63,936 bases of DNA, filler included, from Reticulomyxa filosa (GCA_000512085.1; 17 parts of 17 records of this genome joined end to end with filler, not necessarily neighbours in it), one strand, 5' to 3'; shown: positions 11,959 through 25,650, numbered from the whole stretch's first letter. A program made the numbers and translations. The notes: generated by a model not told the origin, from the letters alone.

Positions 11959-13720
11959 TATGTATTTTGATGGAATCAATAGGAAAAATTCAGTTTCAAT
12001 TGAAAAAACTAGTCAATTTGAGAGTAAAAAATTAATATCAGAAGTAGTAAGATTTAAATTATAATTTGCCAGTTGTTTTTTCGCTTGCCTTCAAGATAGT
12101 AAAAAAGGGACTTGCATATTTTATAACGCATCTTTGTTTTGTCTATTAGCAAAAAAGACAGTTAATCCTTTTTGAATGCTTTCTAATCCAATACTTTTTT
12201 AAATATCATTTTATTCAATTCGATACAGTAATTCAGTGGTAGCTGCTGATGGGTCATTTTTTGAAATTCAATTTAGTTGTGATAGAAAATGTAGTTGGAT
12301 GAAATAAAATTATTTTTTGCCTGTATAGCTTTTAATTTAATTATGATTTTTTAAGTTGTACTGAAATTTGTGTTTCTTTCATCTTAGTTGTTTGGATTTT
12401 GTTTTACATAAATTAAAGTTATGATGACCAGCAGAAACAGACTGCTAAAAAAAATGCAAAAATATGAATTTCAAGGGCACTGTACACTTAAAAAATCACA
12501 AGATAGAAAAATCTAAAAAAATGATAGACAATCGGTCCATGTATTCAAAAAAATAAATGTGTACAAAAACAAATTTTTAAAATTTAAAATAGCTTCGTAA
12601 AAAAAAGAAAATATTTACACAGAAATAGTATTATATTTAACAACTGTATACAAAGTTGCAAAATTAAAAACATGATTATCACAAATTCTAGAAAGGACAC
12701 AATAATCATTTTCCCTCAAAAGTCAAAAATTTGGCTCACATCAGAAATACTTCATTAAAAAATCAAGGTCATATTTAAAAACTTCAACACTTATAAATAC
12801 TTTAAAAACAAATGTGAATGGTTTTTTTTATGAAATCTTTTTTTTTGCAACTACTATGTTATCTTCTTGTTAACGAAAAAAAAATTTTTATTGATGATAG
12901 AGATTCCAAAATGAATTTTTTCTTTCATATTCGGATTCTCCATGAAAAATTGCACTAGAAAATACTTTTTATCTTTTATAAATATGAATAGTCTATTAGC
13001 ATTGGAATTCGAAACAAAGTGAGTCAATTGAACCACAATATGAAACTTAAGTAACAAAGCAACTCCAGTTTCAGGTAATGAACTTGTAATGAGCTGATAT
13101 TGAATTGTATTCATCGTAGAAGAATTCTGATTACAGATTCGGATTCCCCAAGATCTCTAGTATATATAAATAAAAAAATCATGATTGAATTTTGATTATT
13201 GAATTATATGGACTCAATAATGTCGCAACCTATCCGAATGTAAAAACTAAGCAAATATTAAATAATAGTTTTGTCAAAATTCTGATATATTCTGATTTAA
13301 TGTTAAGACTCGATAGTTTTGAATTTATTATTTTGACAAGAAGGATACTTTCACATGTATTGCACATTTTGGACTATGCTAGAAATTGATAATTTGTTTA
13401 CGTTTAAATTACTATGATATTTATTAAATAAGACTTACTTGTAGTAATGTCAGATTCAGTTTTCTTTTTAAAACAAAGGATATATCTGATGGAAAAGCTA
13501 TTTTACACTACACCACCTGAAGGATCATGAGTTTGTTTCTCTAAATGATCACAGAAGAATTGTTTGCAATTGCATTTTCATTGGCAGTATCAAAAGTGTT
13601 CTTTCCAAAGATATAAAATGTTCACTGTAATTATGTGTCAAAAATAAACAGAATGCAATCGGATGAAAAGAAATCAAATTTAATATTGTTTTTGTTTTTT
13701 TTTTTAGATCTGAATTTCTA

Positions 13721-14693
13721 CTAGCTCCACAATCGGATTGTGTTATCCCAAGAACACGATGCTATTATGTTTCCATCCGATGAAACATCAATTCCTACAA
13801 TTAGATTGATATGTCCTTCTAATTTTTGTATTTCTTGCTTTGATTTCACATCCCACCATCGAATAGTTCTATCCCATGAACATGACAGCATTGTTTGACC
13901 ATCCGGTAAATATTTTGCGCCGGAAACATCATATGAGTGTCCTTCAAATCGTTTGATTTCTTTTTGGGATTTTACATCCCAAATTTGAATAAGTCGATAT
14001 GAACATGACAAAATAAAAGAAGAGCCTGGCGAAAACTGTGCTCTCGTTATAGAGTTGGGATTTCCATCGAATGTCTTGATCATTGTTCCAAGTTTTACAT
14101 CCCATATTCCAATTGTTTTATCTTGAGAAGCTGATACAATGTATTGTCCATCAGGTGAAAATTGAGCATAATTGACCTGTTTAAGATGTCCTTCCAGTAT
14201 TTTTAGTTCTTGTCCAGATTCTTTCGCCCATAAGCGAATGGTTTTATCCCTCGAACTTGATAAAATGATACTGCCATCTGGTGAAAATTGAACACTTGTT
14301 ACAGAACTCGAATGCCCTTTGAATATCTGTTCTTCTTTTCCTAATTTGGCGTCCCATAATCGGATGGTTTTGTCATCTGAACATGATATAACCTTATTCC
14401 CATCTGGTGAAAAACTTGCATCATTGACGTTCTGAAGATGTCCATCCAAAATGTGAATTACTTTTCCCGATTGGATGTCCCATATACGAACTGTTCGATC
14501 AAATGAAGAAGAAACAATCTTGCTATCGTCCGGTGAAAAATTTACACTTCGAATACAACCAGAGTGTCCTTGCAAGATTTTTAATAATTCAAAACCCTTG
14601 ACCTATTTGGTTTTTTTATAAAAAAAAAAAAAAAAAAAAAGAAAGATGTAAAATAACAATTAATTCCGACAACAATAACAGCAAATAACAATA

Positions 14694-14724
<31 letters not shown>

Positions 14725-15259
14725 GCACTTAAACATATTGTGCAATAGTAAAATTGAATTCATCAATCCATCCCAACGCAATTGAAGTTTCGTGGGTCCA
14801 TCTTTCTAAAACTGTTTTGATTGTTTTCCTTGTCTATATATTTTATTATTGTAATGCAATAAAAAAACAAAACAAAACAACAATATTCTTCAAGTAATAT
14901 ATTCTTTTTTTTTATTAACCAAGTATATCACATCTATTTCTTGTGTTTCCTGTCTTTTTTCGGCAACATTCATTCCTCCACGCATTTTGAATTCTACAAA
15001 ATGAGCATGCATATCATCAAAGTCACTTCCCAAAACGAAGGAGCTACTGACTGCGGGAAAACATATCATCCAATTTCGCATTGGGTATTTTTGGATCATG
15101 TGAGTCCAATCACTTGCCTTTTTTTTTTCATTGCTCATGTTTTGAGTGTAGGAGTTGAGAAAACAAACAAACCTTGCTAGTGTGTTCCGCAAGATTAGCT
15201 AATATTGTTCTCTCTAGCAATTCTACGTTGCTTCGTCGTAATTCAGACAACGCTGACAT
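13721..15259 (-). CDS. WD40-repeat protein: 7 repeats in one exon, preceded by small N-terminal exons including the LGWIDEF motif exon
   Basis: ORF 13721-14575 has regular GH..FSPDG..S.D.TIR.WD repeats. Upstream exons at 14833-14735, about 15118-14933 and 15259 to about 15173. Confidence 0.85.
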
Positions 15260-16281
15260 GTTTTCTTCTACACCGCTTGGGCTAATACTTGGAAATAGCT
15301 GCTTTGAAAAATGAATTTTTAAAATGATAATATAAAAAGATCTGCTTCCTTCCCACGCTTTTGAAATTCTGAAATAAAATAGATTAATTGCAAATTTTTT
15401 TTAAGAAATAAAGCTGGCTCTGTGTGGATTATTGTCAAAGCACGCCAATCAATTTACAATAGAACCTGCGTCTCGCCTACAAAAATATCCAACCAGTTTT
15501 GTACATTTAGACTCCACAGTTGAATTGCATTGTCCTGTGACCACAAGACACTAAAGCTGGTTCGTTTCGAAAAAATTGTCACATATTAACCCGGCTACGA
15601 TACTTCCTGTTCTTATGTTCGGGATGTTGCTATCAGTTGGAAAAAAATACACACAAACAATGGTAGGATATGCTTGTAAAACCTCCAAGCTCAACTAATT
15701 TGACAATGTGACCAACATCCCAAAGCAATTTGAAATGTTCAAGCTGAAGTTTATTTTGTTGTGACAGCATTGGATTGATTTCAATAACAAACCAAATGAA
15801 ACCTAAATTATTTATTTTCAGAAAGAGGAATATATGCCAAATTTGTTGCTCATTTATCACCTTGCAAAGTTTGATAAACTTAAAAAGAAAAAAAAAAAGC
15901 AAGAAAAATAGTGTCACTGATTTGTTTCCCACGCTCCCGGCAAAACAAGTGTAAACCACCTTTTTTTTTTTTTTTTTTTTTGAGAAAAGTTGCTCTTTTT
16001 CTTTTTCGTCCGCTGTGTCTTAACATTGAGCATTCCCAAGACAAAAGAATTGATGCATAAACCCGGTGAAAAATGGGAAGGAGGGAGGAGAAGGGCGGAC
16101 AAAGAAACAGAAAAAAAAGAAGAAGAAAGGGGAGGGAAAGAAAAAGGGGGGGGTGTGGCTGAACTGAACATATGTGCACACAATTTTACAAAAGAATAAA
16201 AAGTCACGACGGTGTTGTACGTTGCAGGAATGTATAAAAAACACGCATTCTTCTGCACATAAATGAAGAAAACACAATTTT

Positions 16282-16317
<36 letters not shown>

Positions 16318-16417
16318 NNNNNNNNNNNNNNNNNNNNNNNNNNNNNNNNNNNNNNNNNNNNTTAATTAATTAANNNNNNNNNNNNNNNNNNNNNNNNNNN
16401 NNNNNNNNNNNNNNNNN

Positions 16418-16451
<34 letters not shown>

Positions 16452-16461
16452 ACAATCAAAT

Positions 16462-18016
16462 TTATACAATGTCAATAATCTGCGGAGTACCCGCTTCTTG
16501 CAAGGCCAGCAGAATAATCAACGAAAATAAACCCGAGAGGATCGATGTGACAAGTAAGACGACAAGCTTGACGGCGAGAAACAACACATCGTTTTGATCT
16601 TTTGTGGCTCGATGGAACTTTGGCACTGCGCGTGATGTGTCCAAACGGCCGCCACGAATACTTCGATTGATGTCAGACACCTTCTTATCGCTGATGTGTG
16701 GCGTCACATCCGTTTCACTGCCGCTTTGTCCTATCGGCTCCTCTTTTTCATTTCCTTGGTCATTCTCGTTCTCCTGTTCGACTTCGTTCTCGTTCTCGTT
16801 CTCGTTCTTATTCTCATTCGCCTCTTCGTCGTCCGTCAATGTTATCGAGGATATCCCAATGGTCTGCGTACGTTGTCGCACTGTGGCACTGACAAAATGA
16901 AATAATTTTCCAACCAATAGCCAAGCCTGCAAAGATTACAGAAATAAATACGCACTAATAAAGTGAGCGTACAATACAAATGAATACATATTTTTTTTTT
17001 ATAACAATATAATATACATATACATATATACATACAATAATATACATATAACATATATTATGTGTATATATGTATGTACGTATAAATAAAAAACACGAAA
17101 ACGGTAATTGTTGCAAAAATAATGTCCATCACTCCAAGAAGGCCCACGAGTATTCGTAATTCGATTGTCTTGGAAATAACGATACTACAATAATGAGTGT
17201 GCCAGTCCGTTTCTTTTGCTTCGATTTTTGTACTTAATGTCAATATTGTAAAGATTATCAAAACAATGCACACTGTCAACGTAAATACGATCAGGCCTGC
17301 TATCAGTGGCAACTTATACGAATATAATGTGTCGTAAAATGTTTCATAGCTCCTTTTTTCCCCCCCCCCCAAAAAAAAAATATATATATATTACAACACA
17401 TCTATTTATATATGTACTCATTTGTTTGTTTGTTTTCAATTATACTGTTTTAATTATTGACCGCTTGTCCATTTGTTTCGTTGCAAATGGATATAGATAC
17501 GTCCACAGACGAAAGAGAGTGAAACGTGCATGGAGAGCGTCATAAGTTAAAACAAACAAAAAAAACATGCCTGATAATAAAATAAATGTATAAAATACAT
17601 TTGCACAAAATATATCCATTTTGGGCGATCCCCAATATAATTTGACAATATTGTCTACTGTTTGATATTTGTGCAATGAAATTCATGTCTGTTAAATACC
17701 AACTTATTGCAGTGATCAGTGACACAAATACGTACATTGTCACCAAGTAACGAGAAATACGACGCACTAGACGAGTATGACTGTCCTCTGGCTTCGCATT
17801 TCTGGATCTCCGAGTGCTCGAATCATTGGCACTGTCCGTCGATTTTCGTTTTTTTACTGGTAGATTTGCCCACCAAAAATTTGACAGTATGTGGCACACT
17901 GGCACTGATATTAGAATAATCGCCACTGTTGACAAGATAAACCAAAAAATACTCCATCCAAAACTATCAATGGCTAACTGTCCAGTTTCTGGAGCATTGG
18001 AATTGTTTCCATTCAT
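16462..18016 (-). CDS. Multi-pass (7TM/GPCR-like) membrane protein, 3' truncated
   Basis: About six hydrophobic helices across ORFs 17540-18016, 17058-17372 and 16462-16932; N-terminal NNS sequon; acidic loop between the late helices. Confidence 0.6.
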
Positions 18017-18484
18017 TTTTTTCTCCTGGCGTTCAGCAAAAAAACTTTGTAAAGGGCACTGTTTAAAAAATTGTTTTTCCTACTATTTCTTGATGCCCAT
18101 TACAAGCACTTATACTAACAGAATGTATTGTGGAACAAAAGTTCCATGAGAAACCATGATAATACTACATTTGTTGCTGTTTTTTCCAGTTTTTTCATCT
18201 TTTGAAAATATTCGTCACAATGATGCAGAAACATCCACTATACAAATAACCGAGCAAAATAAAATAAAAAAAAAATGAACAACCAAAAAGGTAGAACACG
18301 ATCAAAAAATTTGCATCATCGCAGACCCGGTTCAGTGTTGCTGGCATCCACATTGTTGCGATTGCATAAATTCCGACATTTTATGCTCAAGCTATATTGT
18401 TTTTTTGTTTTTGGGCAAATGTTTTTGCAAAAAAAGGAATGAATATTTGCAGTAGATGTAGACAGGGCTGCATGTATCAATCTA

Positions 18485-18571
18485 CTACCTTGTACATAAT
18501 TGAGCGATCAGAGCTTTATCTTTGTCCCGAACGGAAGGTATAGCACCGTATGCGATAGCATTGCACGTGCC
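18485..18571 (-). CDS. Terminal exon of a second GPCR-like (cAMP-receptor-like) gene
   Basis: After an AG acceptor the frame reads GTCNAIAYGAIPSVRDKDKALIAQLCTR*, resembling the TM7 G.xNAIVYG...VR motif of CAR/GCR1-like receptors. Confidence 0.45.
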   Translation of the reverse strand, partial: GTCNAIAYGAIPSVRDKDKALIAQLCTR

Positions 18572-18754
18572 CTAGGATTTAATTACAAAAACAAGCGACT
18601 CATAAAAAAGTTTGCTTCGCTATAAACAACAAAAAAAAAAAAAAAAAAAAAAAANNNNNNNNNNNNNNNNNNNNNNNNNNNNNNNNNNNNNNNNNNNNTT
18701 AATTAATTAANNNNNNNNNNNNNNNNNNNNNNNNNNNNNNNNNNNNNNNNNNNN

Positions 18755-19355
18755 CTTCCTTTTCTTTTCTCCTTTCGCGTGCATGTTCTCTTTTTTTTTC
18801 TTCTTCTTCTTCTCTTCTTCCATCTTCTTCGTCGCCGTTGTCATCCACGAAATATCGCAGGAGTTGGCGCCGAAATCGTCGCTCATAAATCGACGTGCGG
18901 CCTCTTCGTCCACTTGTCCCCGCTTGGCTGTCGCCGCTTTTTTCTTTTTTGCTCTCCGAATAATAGTAGTCAAATGGCTGCCATACATTAATTGTTGTGT
19001 CATCACTACACGATGCCAACAATGTTCCCTCCGCGTTCCAATCCAGACGGTTTACACATCCTTTTTGCATTTTCATTCAAGTTGCTTTATTATTTATACA
19101 CAACTTTTTGTTGGCACTGTTGTGCTGTTTTGGATTTTCAAAAAGGAAACCAACTTTCATTCCCAAAATACCTTCGTGTCCTTTTAATTCGCAAAAAGGA
19201 CTCAGTTTGTTGACTAGTGCACTTGACGAATAGTGGCAAGGGTATACATGAGGATCACAATATGAATAGGCACGTCTTTTATGATAATAAGGATGCCAAT
19301 ACTCTTCGCTTTGTAAACTATGGTATATATTTTGAGAGGAAATGAATAAATTCAT
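18755..19355 (-). CDS. DCAF-type WD40 protein (WDTC1/DCAF6/DCAF8-like), N-terminal part
   Basis: ELKGHEG|CVNRLDWNAEGTLLASCSDDTTINVW spliced across one intron; truncated at the spacer. Confidence 0.7.
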
Positions 19356-20624
19356 TTTTTTTGTTTTTTTTAAAAGCTCAAAACATTAACCCTTTATTGA
19401 ACCTGGCGAGTTCACAAACAAGTGTTAAAAAAAAAGAGTTTGTTGCTCTGCCAAACAACGCTTTTTTTTAGAGTTGTAAAACACAATAGATGATGATCTT
19501 GCATATAAATTACATCATTCGAACATGCGCAATTTGCACGATAAAAAAGAGTTTCAATTTAACTTAATTGTTACATCTAATAAATATTTCTTAGATATCC
19601 TAATAAAGAATAATACGATATTTTTTTGTGATAACCATCTTAATCACGAACAAGATAATACTCCTGACTTTGTATTAACTAATTATTCACAGCAATTTGA
19701 GAGTTTGTTGATAAAAATATATTCAATTGAAAAACTATACTTTATTTTTAGATATAATGAATTTTCAAAATCAAAAGAAATTGAATAAGTCTGAATGCCT
19801 CTGTGATGTAGTTTGCCATCAATATTGAAACTAATTGTACAATTGTTTCATTTTTTTTGCAAAAAATAAGGACAACAACCAGACAAGCAAAGATATACTC
19901 TGAAGAATACAAATGTAGTACCGTTTTAAAAAATGCTTTTCCAATTTGTCAAATATTTTCTCACACATCAACAACAAGAAAGTGTTAAAAAAGAAAACAC
20001 ACAACATTTTCCAAAGTATTATATATAAAACACACTGTTGTAAGATTAATCATTCTTTTTTGATTGAGATGGATATTGTTGTTGATTCCAAAATAAAGAT
20101 AAAATAATGACAACATTAATAGGAACAACAATAAAAGAAAAATAATTATCAGTCCAATGATATAAAGTACAAATGGAAGCAACAAAAATAAAAGTAATAA
20201 CTTCAATTAAGACAATTATCAAAGGAATTAAAATAGGAGTAAGCAAACCAATATTAGAACTTAATCTCCACCAAAGTACTATAATAGTTGCAATAATAAA
20301 TAATCCTCCAAAAATATATAAAGCATAAGAAAATACAACATTTGCTAAACAGTTGAGGAAGATATATTCAATTTTTTTAATAGCAGAAAATCTAATGTAG
20401 GAAAAATAGTGTGGTGCTCCCGATTCTGTTTTGAGTTTTGGACTTTTGAAATTGTGAATTTGGTTAGTAATATTTGAAAAGTGCTAATCTAAAAATTGTT
20501 TAAACCAAATCTAGGAATATTTTTATAGTGATCAACACTTAATGCGCTTGAAAGATTACAAACAAGAGCAATCTGGCTCTAAAATTGAAAGTACTACAAA
20601 TTCAAAAAAATGATTAATATATCA

Positions 20625-22762
20625 TTATTCTTTAGGTTTTCCCCATCCACCACCCCCTGGTGTATGAATCATGACCATGTCCCCGGTTGTGGCCTCAAAT
20701 GTTCGTTTGCTTCCGATATTGATGACCACGCCGTCTTTCGCCCGACGTACCAAATTCAATCCACATGCTCCCGAGTTTCCACCATTAAGTCCATAGGGTT
20801 TGTAGGTCCGCCTTTCACTTAATATGCTTATAAACAAAGGCTTACAAACTTCAATGGAGCGTAAACATCCATCACCACCCTTATGCAATCCGTTTCCACC
20901 ACTTCCTTGTCTTAAGCCAAATACTGAAAAAGCAAACATAAAAATGCAATGAAAAAAACATCCTCGTCAATCCAAAAGACAATTCACAACATTCTTAACT
21001 TCTTAAAACAACAGGATATCTAGTTTCCAATATTTCAGGATCGGTAATTCTTGTATTTGTCATATGCGTCTGAACTCCACTTTGTCCATTCTATTTAGTA
21101 TATCAACCCATGCAAGTTAAAAGCAGGACTAATTATTGATCATTCACAAAAAAAAATAATAAAAAAAAAAAAAATAGACTTACCCATGTGGAGCCAGCGC
21201 CTGATCCTCCGGCAATAGTTTCATAATACCCAAATGAATCGTCTCCAAAGGTGAAGTTGTTCATACATCCCTTTTTTGTATTTGTAATTTTGTAATTGCT
21301 TACACAAACAAATAATATTTACAAATGAAAATCAACGAAACTTGAGAGGCAGCACAGGCATTAAAGGCTTTCAAAATGACATCAGTAACACGCTGAGACG
21401 TGAGCACATTCCCACCGACAATGGCAGCTTCCGGGCTGGGTGATAAAATGCTATTGTCAGGAATGATCACGCGAATAGGCTTCAAACATCCTTGATTCAA
21501 AGGAATATCTAAATCCACCAAGCAGCGCATGCAATAAATGATGGCCGAGTACGTAACTACTCTGGGCGCGTTGCAGTTACCATAGACCATTGGTCCCGCT
21601 CCAGTGAAGTCAAATACAGCAGATCCGTCTTTTTCATTGATCAATATGGCCACAGGTATTGGTGTGCCATCATCCATATAATCCACTGCCTGCAACATCA
21701 CTTCTTGTGATTCACTTGGATCTTCATTTTTATTATTTATTTATTTGTTTATGTTAACATACGGCATTTCTGCATTGAAAATGATGGGACCTCCACTCTA
21801 CTCACTCTTATTTTTTTTTTATTATAAAAAAAAGGCAAACATACGAGAAGTGCTGGATTTGTGTTCCTTGCGATAATCTTTGGCAGCGCGCTTTAACATA
21901 TTTCGGACGGCTTCTTCGGCATTGTCTTGGATGTGATACATATACGCTTGGACCACGGCCAGGGAGTACTCTTCGATGAGGTTTTCCATGAGGGTGATTC
22001 CTTTTTGATTGGCTGCAATTTGTGCTTTTAAATCCGAGATATTGTTGGCCAAATTACGTGTGCCGGAGCTCTGTGGATCGGACGGTGTCGTTAAAATATG
22101 CGTTACTTCCTCTTCCATAAACACTCCTTGTTTCACGAGTTTCAATGACTCAATAGCCGCTCCTTCTTGAGATAAGTTCACTGAAAACGGAGGCATGGAT
22201 CCTGGTGTGATCCCACCAATATCCGCATGATGACCACGACTTGCCACCCAAAATACGGGGTCCTTTGTTTTTTATTTTTTTTTTTTTTAATAATCTTTTC
22301 CTCGCTTTCTTCTAAAACTCCAACTACAATACAACTTAAAAAAAAAAAAAGTATTAAACTTTGGATGACTCATGGAAAACGGGGGTCATCACAGTGAGGT
22401 CGGGCAAGTGTGTGCCGCCAGCGATGGGGTGATTGGATACCAACACATCTCCTCGTCGAATGTCACCTTTCAACTTATTCGTTTGATACCGAACTGCTTC
22501 TTGCATCGATCCCAAATGCACCGGCAAGTGCGGTGCGTTGGCCACTAGTCCTCCATCAGGACCAAAAATCGCACAAGAAAAATCTAATCGCTCTTTGATG
22601 TTCGTACTCACAGATGTTCTCTGCAATGTGCGACCCCCTTTTTTTTTTTTTTTTTTAATTGCTTATTTCATCAAATTGCATACATATGTATATAATTATG
22701 TACAATGTGCATTAACATTTGTTCGGCGATGCTCATGAAGCGGTGACCAAATATCGACAATT
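20625..22762 (-). CDS. OPLAH: 5-oxoprolinase (ATP-hydrolysing), C-terminal hydantoinase B half, multi-exon
   Basis: [95 protein letters not shown] and HTPGGGGWG. Confidence 0.95.
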
Positions 22763-23752
22763 NNNNNNNNNNNNNNNNNNNNNNNNNNNNNNNNNNNNNN
22801 NNNNNNTTAATTAATTAANNNNNNNNNNNNNNNNNNNNNNNNNNNNNNNNNNNNNNNNNNNNCAGTTTTCTTTGCAACATACTGTAAATCTTTGTTACAC
22901 AAAACTATTTTTTTCTTTTAAAATGAAAATCATAAATTTGTTGAATTATATGACAAGAGATTTCAAATAGATCTCCAAAAAGAACATTTACATCCGTTTT
23001 GCTGTGTTATGAACAAATGTGATTAACAGAACAAATTCCACATTATTTCAAAAAATATTTGAAAATGATCCAAACGTATACATTTTGTAAAAAAAATATA
23101 ACTTTCATCAGATAGTTCTAAATTTGTATCATAACACAATTCGAGTGTGATATATCATCTAAAAAATCAGCTGTTTTTATTCGAAGGAAGTAAAGGTGTA
23201 ACTGAGATAAGATTTTCTACAGATTGCATTACAATTACGTCTTGACCGAAGGATAAGATAATTCTATTGTGTGCTGGTAAATATTACAATGATATTCTAA
23301 CGATATGCGAGAAATACAAATTTCATTAGATCTTTTTTTGATTCAAAAGAAGATGAAAAAACCGTTATTCTTTTATTTTCGGGAAACATCATCCCATCTT
23401 CACACAAAAGTCTTTTACGATAAAATAATTTAAAAAAGAATTATACAAACTTATTCGACTATTCAAATTAATTCATGAAAACTTATCATTTAAGTAATTT
23501 ATGGAGTTTTTAATGTTTCAAAGCCGGATACTCTTCAAGCTTGGCAAAGCAATAATCAATTTAAAAACAAAAAACACATTTAAAGTTTATAAAAGCTGTG
23601 TTAAATTACACTTTTTATCCAGCATCGAAGTTCCTTTTTTGTTTTCAAACATTCTTTAAAACTGCCAAAAAATTTTTGAAAACCCCATTCATCGTCCTTG
23701 AGAAAAAAAGTTCAATATCTTCCATTTTACATCATCAAAGAAAAAAAAACAA

Positions 23753-24065
23753 AATGACAACTTTTGGTAATGAGAAGCAAATTCCAGTACAACTAGCGTT
23801 GGTAAGCTTTATTACAAGCTTTCAAAAAGTTTATTGTTTTATTTGTTGTATGTAGTTTGTGATTCAAACAGTCTGAAGAAGAAAAGATTCAATTAATTCA
23901 CCTTGTTCTTAATGTGTGTAACATAACACAAACTTCTCATTTGTGGAGGTTATTTTGAAAGAGTTTGTTATTTTTATCATACAATCAACTTACATTTGTG
24001 ATAAAATGTGTTAGTGTGTTTGATTTAAATACATTAAATTTATTAAACATGATACTTTACAAACT
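23753..24065 (+). pseudogene. Chimeric decayed gene: WD40-family-type 5' exon fused to Kelch-like fragments
   Basis: MTTFGNEKQIPVQLAL|SEEEKIQLI is followed by broken copies of LLICGGY..RVCY.YH and SVFDLNT..FIKHDTL, which match the Kelch gene at 54054. Confidence 0.55.
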
Positions 24066-24788
24066 ACGATAATTCAACAGAATATATCCATTTTCATCAT
24101 ATTTATAAACTGCCAAAGTAAATGTTCATTTGTTTCAATGAAACAGAACTTTATTGCTCTGTCATGCCCACCAAGAAATATGAATCAAAGTCAATCGCAA
24201 AGGAAAAGAGAATACTTAAGTGATGAACTTTTGAGATGTAAACGCTGATAAAAAAAATCTGCCCTTGAGAACTGAAATATGTGTATTCAAATAACCTCAA
24301 ACTGGTGTTACATGTAAAGCCTCTTATTTCGCATTTATTTCTTACATAATGTAATCAAAACTGAATTGAGTAGAAATGTCTAGAAAAATGACTCAAATAA
24401 GATCTATCCCCCTCAAAACAAATTTTTATCCATTACCCAAAAAAAAAACTTGTATTGTAATATAATTCCTTTCGTTCGTTTCAAAAAAAAATTGAAGTTG
24501 ACAAAGAACTTTTAATTTTTTTTGTTTCATAATAATTAATAAGCAAGAATGCCTTACAAAGCTTTTGTTTCTATTGAAAACGAAATGCATAAAGTGACAC
24601 TTGTTTTCCTGAGATTAAAAAGATTGAAAGAAAAAGTGATAGATCTTATTAACACTACTAACAGTAAAACAATAGATTCTATACCCAANNNNNNNNNNNN
24701 NNNNNNNNNNNNNNNNNNNNNNNNNNNNNNNNTTAATTAATTAANNNNNNNNNNNNNNNNNNNNNNNNNNNNNNNNNNNNNNNNNNNN

Positions 24789-24840
24789 CTCTTCATATAA
24801 TGCCATTTATGTATTGCAGTTTTTTTTGCAATATACTGTA
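24789..24840 (-). mobile_element. Terminal inverted repeat of the same Tc1/mariner family, at a contig end
   Basis: 52-bp match to 10523-10574 with 2 substitutions, ending in CTG+TA. Confidence 0.8.
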
Positions 24841-25120
24841 CAAAGAATGCATATTACTATAGCAACAACGATTAATCTTTGCTAGAAAGAAATTATAATA
24901 TTGAATAACCTTGAGTTATTATAACATCCAAAAAGAAAGCAAGTTACGCTTAGTATTGCGTTTACTATTTGGAGCAATACAAATGTAAGTTTTATATTTT
25001 TGTTTTTTTATTTTGAGTTTTTGTAGTTAAAAAAATTGAAATATTTGTTTTTAAAAATAATTTCGTTAAGACCTCGACAGGCAAACCATTACATTATATG
25101 TCGAACTAATAACATCCAAA

Positions 25121-25404
25121 ATGTCAGCGAAAATTCAAGTCATGCTTGTTATAAAATCTCATGCAATATGCTTTTTATTTTTTATTTTTTCCAACAATTG
25201 CCGGATATTTCAAATTTAGTTTAGCAAGTGCATTTTGTGTATACCTGGCCAATTACTTACCGAAACTTAAGTGGCAAAAAAAAGAAGTACGATATAAAGG
25301 ATTTGGAACTTGATGAAAATGAAGTACTTGTAGATAAGCAAAAAATTTCAAACTTGGTAACAATGAGGCAGAAGATAAGAATGAAAGGATATTTAAATTT
25401 TTGA
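25121..25404 (+). CDS. Small hypothetical 2-exon protein
   Basis: MSAKIQ|QVHFVYTWPITYRNLSGKKKKYDIKDLELDENEVLVDK...F* with a GT..AG intron; no family recognised. Confidence 0.25.
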
Positions 25405-25650
25405 TGCAAATTTCATTAATAAAATCACGCAATGTGGTTTGCTCATCTCACAGTTTTCACTAATTTACAACTTCCAATGAAAAGTAGAGCACAAGTGTTG
25501 GTGTTTCGAATTAATGTTTTATTTTCAAAGTATCAAATTTTGTGAATAAATCAACAGTAAACAAACCAAACACCACGATGAGTGAGACAATTTGCGCCAG
25601 AAAGCAATTTCAAGAGTTGTGTTTGTTATGCCTTGTTTTTTTTTATGTAT

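Noticed and set aside
15633-16277. Cluster of overlapping ORFs
   Set aside because: They are driven by homopolymer and low-complexity tracts, and no coherent gene model emerges.
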